64,000 bases of DNA, taken from the NCBI RefSeq assembly GCF_009914755.1, contig NC_060925.1; one strand, given 5' to 3'. This stretch comes from the human T2T-CHM13v2.0 reference genome, Homo sapiens. A program made the translations under genes and the position numbers. Below the pieces are notes generated by a model that did not search any database, was not told the origin of the DNA, and saw nothing but the letters and a program-made list of their open reading frames with translations. Position 1 is the first letter of the stretch; every line of letters begins with the position of its first letter. Below, piece after piece: positions 55,050 through 64,000 of this stretch.

Positions 55050-55819
55050 GAGACCGAGTCTTCCTCTGTCGCCCAGGCTGGAATGCAGTGGTGCAATCTT
55101 GGCTCACTGCAACCTCTTCCCGCTGGGTTCCCGCCATTCTCCTGCCTCAGCCTTCCAGGTAGCTAGGATTACAGGTGCACGCTACCACGTCCGGCTAATT
55201 TTTGTATTTTTAGTACAGACGGGGCTTCATCATCTTGGCCAGGCTGATTTCGATCTCCTGACATCGTGATCCGCCTGCCTCCACCTCCCAAAGTGCTGGG
55301 ATTACAGGCGTGAGCCACCACGCCTGGCCAAGGCCTGCTCCTCTTATCTATACCCCCTACCCCTGCAGCTGTGCCAGGGGAAAGCTGGGCAGTTTCCCTC
55401 CTCCGAGCCCCTGTACATACCATGAATTGTGGGACCTTCAGAGCTTTTCACTTTTCGGAAAATAGCTCCTGCTGGGGCTACAAGATGGAGTGTGAAGAGG
55501 GCCTTGGGCCACAGGGAAGCGCCTGTGGACTAGGGGGAGTTCATGCACCCCTTCTTTCCCCAGAGGGGCTGGACTCAGGTGAGTATGGGGGTGGGGGCTC
55601 CTGCACTTCGACACAGGCAGCGGGAGGGTTTTCTCCCCATTCCCTCTGCACTCCCAACTTGAGCTATACTTTTTAAGAAAGTGATTCACCCTGCCTTTGC
55701 CCCCTTCCCCAGAGCAGAACACGTTGATCATGGGCGATATTTTTCATTGTGCCAAAAAGTTGCCATGACCGTCATTAAACCTGTTTAACACCAAATAACA
55801 AGGAAAATAAAATAAAAAA
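52058..55819 (+). pseudogene. CICP13: Processed pseudogene of capicua (CIC short isoform), frameshifted and internally rearranged
   Basis: Intronless CIC-like peptides spread over several frames: [41 protein letters not shown] box [49 protein letters not shown]1 domain MQLFQ/LQLKIREV. Then 3'UTR, ATTAAA at 55774-55779 and a decayed A tail at 55793-55819. CIC origin is firm; the copy number 13 is recall from the tRNA context and is less certain. Confidence 0.93.
55023..55329 (-). mobile_element. Alu (Sc/Y-like, diverged) inserted in the pseudogene 3'UTR
   Basis: Reverse Alu; TSD aaggcctgc at 55011-55019 and 55330-55338. Confidence 0.9.
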
Positions 55820-55936
55820 TTCGGGCATGGTGCAGAAACTCACTCCAAATAAATTACCGACCAAAATATTTATATAATGGTGGAAATATTCCAAAATTTA
55901 ATATTTTGGGATTTATACACAAAAGATAAACAAATT

Positions 55937-58900
55937 AGAGGCCAAGAGGCTGCCGGAAGGGAAAAACGGGGCCTGGGAAGGCCGTTGTGAGGAATGAGCT
56001 GGGCCTAAAGAGGCCACTGGCAGGCAGGAGCTGGACCTGCCGAAGTGGCCGAAAGGCAGGAGCTTTGGACTGGGGAGGCCGCAGTGAGGCGAGAGCTAGC
56101 TGGGCGTGGAGAGTCCGCTGTGAGGCCGAGGCCGGGCCCGTGCAGGCCTTCGAGAGGCAGGAGGCCGGGCCTGCAAAGGCCCACTGGAGGTCAAGTTCTG
56201 GGCCTGAAGAGGCCACCAAAAGTCAAAAGCGGGGCCTGGGAAGGCCGCCGAGAGCCATGAGCTGGGCTGGGCTGAAAGAGACCACTGGGAGGCAGGAGGA
56301 GCTGGGCCTGGAGAGGCTGACTCGAGGAAGTTTTGCACCTGGAGAGGCCGCCGAGAGGACGGAGCTGGGCCCGGGGAGGCCGACTTGCTGCTCTTCCAGG
56401 CCCAATTCCAGGCTGACTTGAGGACGACTTGGGCCTACAGAGGCTGCCAGGAGGCCCAAGCTGGGCCTAGAGGAGCCCACCGACCGGAGGCTGTTTGGGG
56501 CCTGCAGATGCCATCGGAGAGCAGGAGCTGAGCCTGGAGAGGCCACCGTGAGGCCTGAGCTGGGCCTGGGGAGCTTGGCTTTGGGAAGTTGTGGGCCTAC
56601 CAGGGCCGCTGGGAGCTGGGCAGGAGCTGAGTCCAAAGACGTTGTTGGGAGGCCAGAGTCGGGCCTGGAGACACAGCAGGGAAGAAGAGCTGGGCCTGGA
56701 GAGGACGCCAGGAGGCTGCAAGTGGGTCTGGAGAGGCCGACTTGAGGAGGTTCTGGGCCCGGAGAGGCCGCCGGAAGGGAAAAACTGGGCCTGGAAAGGT
56801 TGTTGTGAGGAATGAGCCCCATGGGCCTGAAGAGGCCACTGGCAGGCGGGAGCTGGGCCTGCCCAAGCGGCCGAGAGGCAGGAGCTTTGGACTCGGGAGG
56901 CCGCAGTGAGGTGAGAGCTAGCTGGGCGTGGAGAGTCCGCTGTGAGGCCGAGGCCGAGGCCGGGCCCATGCAGGCCTTTGAGAGGCAGGAGGCCGGGCCT
57001 GCAAAGGCCCACTGGAGGTCAAGTTCTGGACCTGAAGAGGCCGCCAAAAGTCAAAAGCGGGGCCTGGGAAGGCCACCGAGAGCCATGAGCTGGGCTGGGC
57101 TGAAAGAGGCCACTGGGAGGCAGGAGGAGCTGGGCCTGGAGAGGCTGACTCGAGGAAGTTTTGCACCTGGAGAGGCCGCCGAGAGGATGGAGCTGGGCCC
57201 GGGGAGGCCGACTTGCTGCTCTTCCAGGCCCAATTCCAGGCCAACTTGAGGACGACTTGGGCCTGCAGAGGCCGCCGGGAGGCCCAAGCTTGGCATGGAG
57301 GAGCCCACCGACCGGAGACCATTTGGGGCCTGCAGATGCCATCGGAGGGCAGGAGCTCATCCTGGAGAGGCCACCGTGAGGCCTGACCTGGGCCTGGGGA
57401 GCTTGGCTTGAGGAAGCTGTGGACCGACCAAGGCCGCCAGGAGATGGGTAGGCACTGAGTCCAAAGAGGTTGTTGAGAGGCAGGAGTCGGGCCTGGAGAC
57501 GCAGCCGTGAGGAAGAGCTGGGTCCGGAGAGGACGCCCGGAGGGTGCAAGTGGGTCTGGAGAGGCCGACTTGAGGAGGTTCTGGGCCCGGAGAGGCCGCC
57601 GGAAGGGAAAAACTGGGCCTGGAAAGGCCGTTGTGAGGAATGAGCCCCATGGGCCTGAAGAGGCCACTGGCAGGCAGGAGCTGGGCCTGCCGAAGCGGCC
57701 GAGAGGCAGGAGCTTTGGACTCGGGAGGCCGCAGTGAGGCGAGAGCTAGCTGGGCGTGGAGAGTCTGCTGTGAGGCAGAGGCTGGGCCTGTGCAGGCCTT
57801 CGGGAGGCAGGAGGCCGGGCCTTGTCGAGGCCTGCAGAGGCCACCAAAAGTCAAAAGCAGGGCCTGGGAAGGCCACCAGGAGGCATGAGCTGGGCTGGGC
57901 TGAAAGAGGCCACTGGGAGGCAGGAGGAGCTGGGCCTGGAGAGGCTGACTCGAGGAAGTTTTGCATCCAGAGAGGCCGCCGAGAGGCCGGAGCTGGGCCT
58001 GGGGAGGCCGACTTGACAACAGTCTGGGCCTGCAGAGGCGCTGAGAGGAAGAGCTGGGCCTGGAGAGGCCGACTGGAGGAAGTCCAGGGCCTGGAGAAGA
58101 TGCAAAGCAGCAAACGCTAGGCCTGGAAAGTCTGCCCTGAGGCACGGGCTTGGCCTACAGAGGCCACTGGGAGGCAGGAGCTGGGCCCGCAGAGGCTCCC
58201 GAGAGGGAGGAGCATTGCCCCAGGAGGCCAGGGTGAGGAAGAGGTGGGCCTGGAGAGCCCACTGTGAGGTAGAGGCCGGGCCTGTAGAGGCCGCCAACAG
58301 GGAGGGGATTGGCCCGTTGAGGCCACGAGAGGCATGAGCTGGGCCTCAACAGGCCAGTGTGAGGCAGGAGCTGACACTTCGGCACGTTGCAAGAGGCATG
58401 AGTTGGGCCGAAAGAGGCCACCGTGAGGGAGGAGCTGGACCTGTACAAGCTGCCAAAAGGCAGGAGCAGCTTTGGACTGGAGAGGCCGCAGACAGGGAAG
58501 AGCTGGGTGTGAAGAGTCTGCTGTGAGGCAGAGGCTGGGCCTGTACATGCCCTCGGGAAGCAGGAGGCTGGGCATGGAGAGGCCGACTTGAGAAAGTTTT
58601 GCTCCTGGAGAGGCCACTCAGAGGCAAGAGCTGGGTGTGAAGAGGCTGACTTGAGGTCGATTTTGGCCGCAGAAGCCACCGGTAGCTAGGAGTTGGCCCT
58701 GGAGAGGCTGACCTGAGGACAATTTTGGCCTGTAGAGGCCACTGGGAGGGAGAGCTTGGTCTGGAGAGGCCAACTGGAGTAAGTTCAGGGCTTGGAGAGG
58801 ATGCACAAAAGGAAACGCTCAGCCTCAAAAGTGTGCTGTGAGGCATTAGCTTGGCCTACACAGCACTCGGACGCAGGAGCTAGGCCTGCAGAGGGTGACT

Positions 58901-61113
58901 TCACGACGATTTTGGCCTGCAGAAGCCTTTGGGAGGAAGAGCTTGGCCTGGACCGGCTGACTGGAGGAAGTTTTGGGACTGGAGTATGCATCAAAAAGCA
59001 AAAGTTAGGCTAGGAAAGGCCACTTCACGGCATGATCTTGGCCTACAAAGGCAATTGCAAGGCAGGAGCTTGGCCTGTAGAGGCTGCCGAAAGGCAGGAG
59101 CTTGGCCTTAGGAGGCTATGATCAGGCAAGTGGTGGGCCTGGAGGGTCTACTGTATGGTAAGAGTCTGGGCCTGTGTAGGCCGACATGAGGCAGGAGCTG
59201 AGTTAGGAGAGGCCAACTTTTGGAGAATTTGGGCCTGCAGAGGCTGCCAGGAGGCAAGAGCTGTGCCTGGAGAGTCCATCTTTTAGCATGAGCTGGGCCT
59301 AAAGAGACCATTGTGAGGCAGCAGCTGCCTGGGAGGCAGGCAGATTCGTGGCCTGGGGAGGCCACCGTGAGGCAAATGCTCAGTTTTCGGAGGATGCCGT
59401 GAGGCAGGGAGAAACTTGGCTTTCGGTGGCCGCAGTGAGGGAATAGTTTGATTGCTGAGGCTGCCGGGAGGCCAAAGGTGGGCCTGAAAAGCTTTACCTT
59501 AAGAAGTCTGTGGCCTAGAGAGGCTGCCAGCTGCTCAGCAGGAGTTGGGCCAAAGGAGGTTGTGAGGCAGGAGACGGGCCTGTAGACGCACTGGGAGGAT
59601 GAGCTCGTCCTGGAGATGCTGAGTTAAGGACATTCTGGGCCTGGACAGGCTGCAAAAGGCAAAAGCTGTGCCTGGAAAAGTCGCCATGGGGCATGAGCTT
59701 GGCCTAAAGAGGCCACTGCAAGGCAGGAGCTGGGCCTGTAGAGGCTGCAGAAAGGCAGGAGCTTCGCCTGAGGATGCCACAGTGAGACACCATCTGGGTC
59801 TGGAGGGTCCACTGTGAGGCAGAGGCTGGCCTGTAGAGTCCGACAGTAGACAGAAGTTGGGCAAAAGGCTGATTTGAGGAAGTTTTGGGCTTCAAGAGTC
59901 AGCCACGAGGCAGGCACTAGGCCTGGAAATGGCCCGACAGTCATGAGTTGGGCCTAAATGGGCCACTGTGAGGGAGGAGCTGTGCCTGTTGAGGCTGCTG
60001 GCAGGCAAGCAGAAATTTGGCCTCGGGCAGCTGCCATGAGGCAAGAGCTGGGCCTGGAAAAAGCCCCTGGGAGGCAAGAGCAGGGCCTGCAGAGGCTGTT
60101 CTGAAGTCAAAGCTGGGCCTGTTCATGCCACCGGGAAGCAGAAGGTGGGCCTGGAGAGTTTGACTTGAGGAAGTTTTGGGCCTACATTGGCCGCCATGAG
60201 CTGGACAGGAACTGGGCCAAAAAAGGCTGTTGTGAGGCAGCAGTTGTGCCTGTAGACCCAGCCAAGAGGAAGAGGTGGGCCTGGAGAAGACCCCATGAGG
60301 CAGAGGTTGGGCCTGTAGATGCTGACAGGAGGCAGGAGCTGGGCCTGGAGAGGTCAACTTGAGGAGATTTTGGGCCTTCATAGGCCACCAGAAGGCAGCA
60401 GTTGGGACCAGAGAGTCTGACTTGAGTAAGTTTTGGGCCCGGAGATGACGTCCTGGGACAGGAGTTGGGCCTGGAGAGGCCAACGTGAGGCATGAGCTGG
60501 ATGTAGAGAGGCCAGTGTGAGGCAAGACCTGGGCCTGTCTAGGCTGCTGGGAGACAAGCAGGAATCTGGCCAGGGAAGGTTGCCATGAGACAAAAGTTGG
60601 GCCTGCAAAGGCCCTTGTGAAGCATGAGCTTGGCCTAGAGAGGCCACTGGGTGGCAGGAGCTGGGTGTGTAGAAGCTGCTGAAAGGTTGGGAGCTTGGCT
60701 TGGGGGGTCCACAGTGAGGCAGATGCTGGGCCTGAAGAATCTGCTGTGAGGCAGATGTTGGGACTGTAGAGGCCGACGGGAGGCAGAGGCTGGGCCTGGA
60801 GGGGCCACCAAGATGCAGGAGCTGGGCCTGGAGAGGCTGCAAAGAAGCATGAACTGGGCCTGGTGAGGTCGACTTGAGAAAGTTCAGGGCCTGGAGAGAA
60901 GGCTGGGAGGCAGGAGCTGGGTCTAAAGAGGCCATTGTAATGATGGAGCTGTGCCTGTGGAGGCTGTTGTGAGGCAGTAGGCTCATCTGCGGAGACTGCC
61001 GTGAGGTAGGGTATGGGCCTAAATAGGCCATTGTGAGTCATGAGCTTGGTCTGTAGAGGCTGACTGGAGAAAGTTCTGGGCCTGGAGAGGCTGCCGGGAG
61101 GTAGGAGCTGGGA
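55937..61113. repeat. GC-rich degenerate tandem array (core GGAGCTGGGCCTGGAGAGGCC, spacing ~30-36 bp) with an ~820-bp higher-order repeat
   Basis: The core motif recurs throughout; marker GGAAGGGAAAAAC at 55955, 56773 and 57601. Confidence 0.9.
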
Positions 61114-61118
61114 CAAAA

Positions 61119-61538
61119 GATTTAAGCACATTTACATTTATTAGGCGCTTTATTTCCATTATTACACTGTAATATATAATAAAATAATTATAGAACTCAC
61201 CATAATGTAGAATCAGTGGGCATGTTAAGCTTGTTTTCCTGCAACTGGATGGTCCCACCTGAGCGTGATGGGAGAAAGTGACAGATCAATAGGTATTAGA
61301 TTCTCATAAGGACAGCGCAACCTAGATCCCTCACATGCACGGTTCACAACAGGGTGCGTTCTCCTATGAGAATCTAATGCTGCTGCTGATCTGAGAAGGT
61401 GGAGCTCAGGTGGGAATGTGAGCAAAGGGGAGTGGCTGTAAATACAGACGAAGCTTTCCTCACTCCCTCACTCGACACCACTCACCTCCTGCCGTGTGGC
61501 TCCTTACGGCTCCATGGCTCAGGGGTTGGGGACCCCTG
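61119..61538 (-). mobile_element. MER1A, truncated on the array side
   Basis: Reverse complement is colinear with the 6380-6906 copy; intact end GGTTGGGGACCCCTG at 61538. Confidence 0.9.
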
Positions 61539-61960
61539 CTCAAGTGCATCCAAAGCGACCCTTCCCACACCAGTCTTCATAGTGGTCAAGGGCAGCAACC
61601 ACTTAGCTCCCAAGGCATGTGCCTCAGCTGGCATTTCGTCACAATCAACAGTAAGTGGTAGCTTGAGTCATTGTGAGGTCGCTTCCTGGAAATCACCAGC
61701 ATCCCATTTCCCACTGGCAAAGAGCTCAGCACTGCCCCCTGGGAAACCAAACCTATGCCCAAATCCCATCTGTGTGGGTTTATCTCCTGGGACCCTTCCT
61801 AACATATTAGTCAGAGTCCAATCAGGAAGCATAAACCACTCAAAAGTTTAAAGTGGTAAAATTTAATACAGAGAATTATTCATTATAACAGGTGAACAGC
61901 ATAATGAGAGATTGGCTAGCACAAAGTAAAGAGAACTCTAGAGAATACAGGACTAGCCCA

Positions 61961-62250
61961 GGCCAGGCATGTTGGCTCATGCCTGAAATTCCAGCAATTT
62001 GAGAAGCTAATGCAGGAGGATTGCTTAAGGCCAGGAGCTAGAGACCGGTCTGGACAACACAGTGAGACCCTGTCTCTATCCAAAAAAAAGAAAAAAGTTA
62101 GCTGGGAGTGGTGGTGCACACCTGTAGTCCCAGCTACTCGGAATGCTGAAGTTTGAGCCTGGGAGGTCAAGGCTGCGGCGAGGCATGATTATGCCACTAC
62201 AGTCCAGCCTGGTGACAGAGCAAGACCCTGTCTCAAAGAACAAAACAACA
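61961..62250 (+). mobile_element. AluJ-like
   Basis: Diverged dimeric Alu, 'gggaggtcaaggctgc'. Confidence 0.85.
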
Positions 62251-62479
62251 ACCATTTACAGACAGAAAAGAAATAGAGCTAATAAGCTAAGGAAAGATGT
62301 TGAAATGTGACAAGTAAAGTAATATGAGGTCTTTTATCTATTTAAAATAATCAAACAAAAAATGACTTACTAAATTATAATACCCTGTGCTGGCAAAGGT
62401 GCAGTGAAATGGGCACTTTCTTATACTATGAGGGGTGTTTAAATTGTGTATAAGCCTTCCCGGGTAAAGCTTGTCAATT

Positions 62480-62598
62480 TTTTAAAATAATGGAGACAGG
62501 GTCTCACCATACTGCCATGCTGCCTCCTCCAACTCTTGGCCTCAAGCAATCCTCCTCTCTTAGCCTCCCAAAGTGCTAAGATTATAGCTGGGAGGCAC
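62480..62598 (-). mobile_element. Alu left monomer (FLAM-like)
   Basis: 'gagacagggtctcaccat...gcctcaagcaatcctcc...gcctcccaaagtgct'. Confidence 0.7.
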
Positions 62599-62837
62599 CC
62601 AAAACCCTGTCAATTTACATCAAGGGTAATGAGAATGTCCATTCACCATGTCTCACAGTAATCTTACTTCTGGGGAGACAATTCAATCTAAACAAAAGGT
62701 CATCTGTACAAACACAGTAAAAATCTGGGAGTAACTGAAGACAGAGTTGGTAAGTGAAATAAGAAACAATTATAAGAAATTAAACTATGATATCAATAGG
62801 CACCTGGTATAAAAGGTCAGTTGATGTTAGCTGCTAC

Positions 62838-63137
62838 TTTTTTGTTGTTTTGAGACAGGGTCTCACTCTGTCACCCAGGCTGGAGTGCAGAGGCCTGATC
62901 ATGACTCACTGCAGTCTCAGCCTCCCTGGGCTCAAGTGATCCTCCCACCTCAGCCTCCCAAGTAGCTGGGACTACAGGAACATGCCACCACACTAGGCTA
63001 ATTCGCGTATTTTTCTGTAGGGATGGTGACTCCCCCTTTGTTTCCAAGGCCTATTGCAAACTCTTGGCCTCAAGCCATCCTCCTGCCTCAGCCTCCCAAA
63101 GTGTTGCGATTACCAGTGTGAGCCACCACACCTGGCC
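62838..63137 (-). mobile_element. AluJ-like
   Basis: TSD agctgctacttt at 62829-62840 and 63138-63149. Confidence 0.9.
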
Positions 63138-63242
63138 AGCTGCTACTTTTATCAATATTATTATTATTCCACTCAATTAAAAATTATTATTTTCAAGGCT
63201 ATGCAACAGTATGTATCCTACAGTGTAATTGTAAAAACATAC

Positions 63243-63360
63243 ACAGTTGCCGTCCCTCAGTATACAGAATTAGTTCCAGCCCCCCATCTCTGCATATACC
63301 AAAATCCATGCTTACTCATGTTTCGCTGTCACCCCTCTGGAATCCACGTATACGAAAATT
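63243..63360 (+). mobile_element. MER2/MER2B-like TcMar-Tigger fragment
   Basis: 'cgtccctcagtatac...ttagttccag...tataccaaaatccatg...cgtatacgaaaa'. Confidence 0.65.
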
Positions 63361-63364
63361 CCAA

Positions 63365-63541
63365 ATATTAGTTGGGCATAGTGGCAAGCACCTGTAGTCT
63401 CAGCCATGTGGGAGGTTGAGGTGGGAGGATCGCTTCAGCCTGGAAGGTTGAGGCTGCAGTCAGCTGCGATAGCACTACTACACTCCAGCCTTGGACAACA
63501 GAGGGAGACCCTGTCTCAGAAAAAAAAAAAACAAAATAAAA
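63365..63541 (+). mobile_element. Alu right arm (FRAM/AluJ fragment)
   Basis: 'attagttgggcatagtggc...ccctgtctc' plus A tail. Confidence 0.8.
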
Positions 63542-64000
63542 CAGGTTAGAAATTGTAATGAGGTCTGTTGGGCAAAATTCCATATAAGCAAAGTATAAAT
63601 TAATAAAGCAAATTGTGATAAATTAGTACGATTGACTTTCTGGAGTTTCTGACAATAAAAGGAAAATGCAAAACACAAAGACAGAGAGTAAAAAGAGAAA
63701 TTAGGAAAGCATTCTACATGTTTAATAGGAAGACGCTGGCCATGTTCGTGCAGCGGCAGTATGTTGTGACATGACATACCTTGGAGAGAAGTTAACAGAT
63801 GAGGAAGTTGATAAAAATCATCAGAGAAGCAAAATACTGGTAGCGACACTCAAGTAAACCACGAAATTTCCATAACTTATGTCAGCAAAGTGGGAATATT
63901 GTACAGTGTGTGTTGAAGTTCCTATACAACATTGTTTATCTGCCTTTTGTTTGTTTGTAAGGAATGTATATACTAAAAGTTCTTCTTGCTGTCAAAAGAA

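Noticed and set aside
55937-61113. CRISPR-like appearance of a recurring motif with variable spacers
   Set aside because: Primate DNA with no cas genes; the repeats are degenerate and the 'spacers' are themselves related and duplicated.
55935-61131. Long overlapping ORFs of up to 396 aa, mostly on the minus strand
   Set aside because: Low-complexity P/S/A/L/Q translations open in several frames at once because the GC-rich repeat is poor in stop codons; no recognisable domain.

Overview
Primate, almost certainly human, intergenic DNA with no intact protein-coding gene. Repeat subfamily names, CIC residue numbering and gene symbols below come from memory of consensus sequences, not from a search. 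Positions 1-~52,050 are repeat-rich euchromatin: Alu, MIR, an L1PB-type LINE missing its RT core, MaLR/ERV LTRs including a complete MSTA provirus, and hAT/TcMar MITEs. This part also holds a strong CTCF motif at 39,268, one intact tRNA-Thr(TGT) gene at 48,955-49,027 and a small CpG island just downstream of it. At ~52,058 the sequence turns abruptly GC-rich. It carries a processed pseudogene of the short isoform of capicua (CIC), internally scrambled into forward and inverted pieces. A ~5.2 kb degenerate GC-rich tandem array with an ~820 bp higher-order unit follows, then a truncated MER1A and Alus. The tRNA plus CIC-pseudogene pairing matches my recollection of human 1q41 (TRT-TGT2-1 / CICP13). 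I found no convincing new biological system. The best leads are the architecture of the CIC retrocopy, its copies of CIC cancer-hotspot changes, and the structure and origin of the adjacent array.
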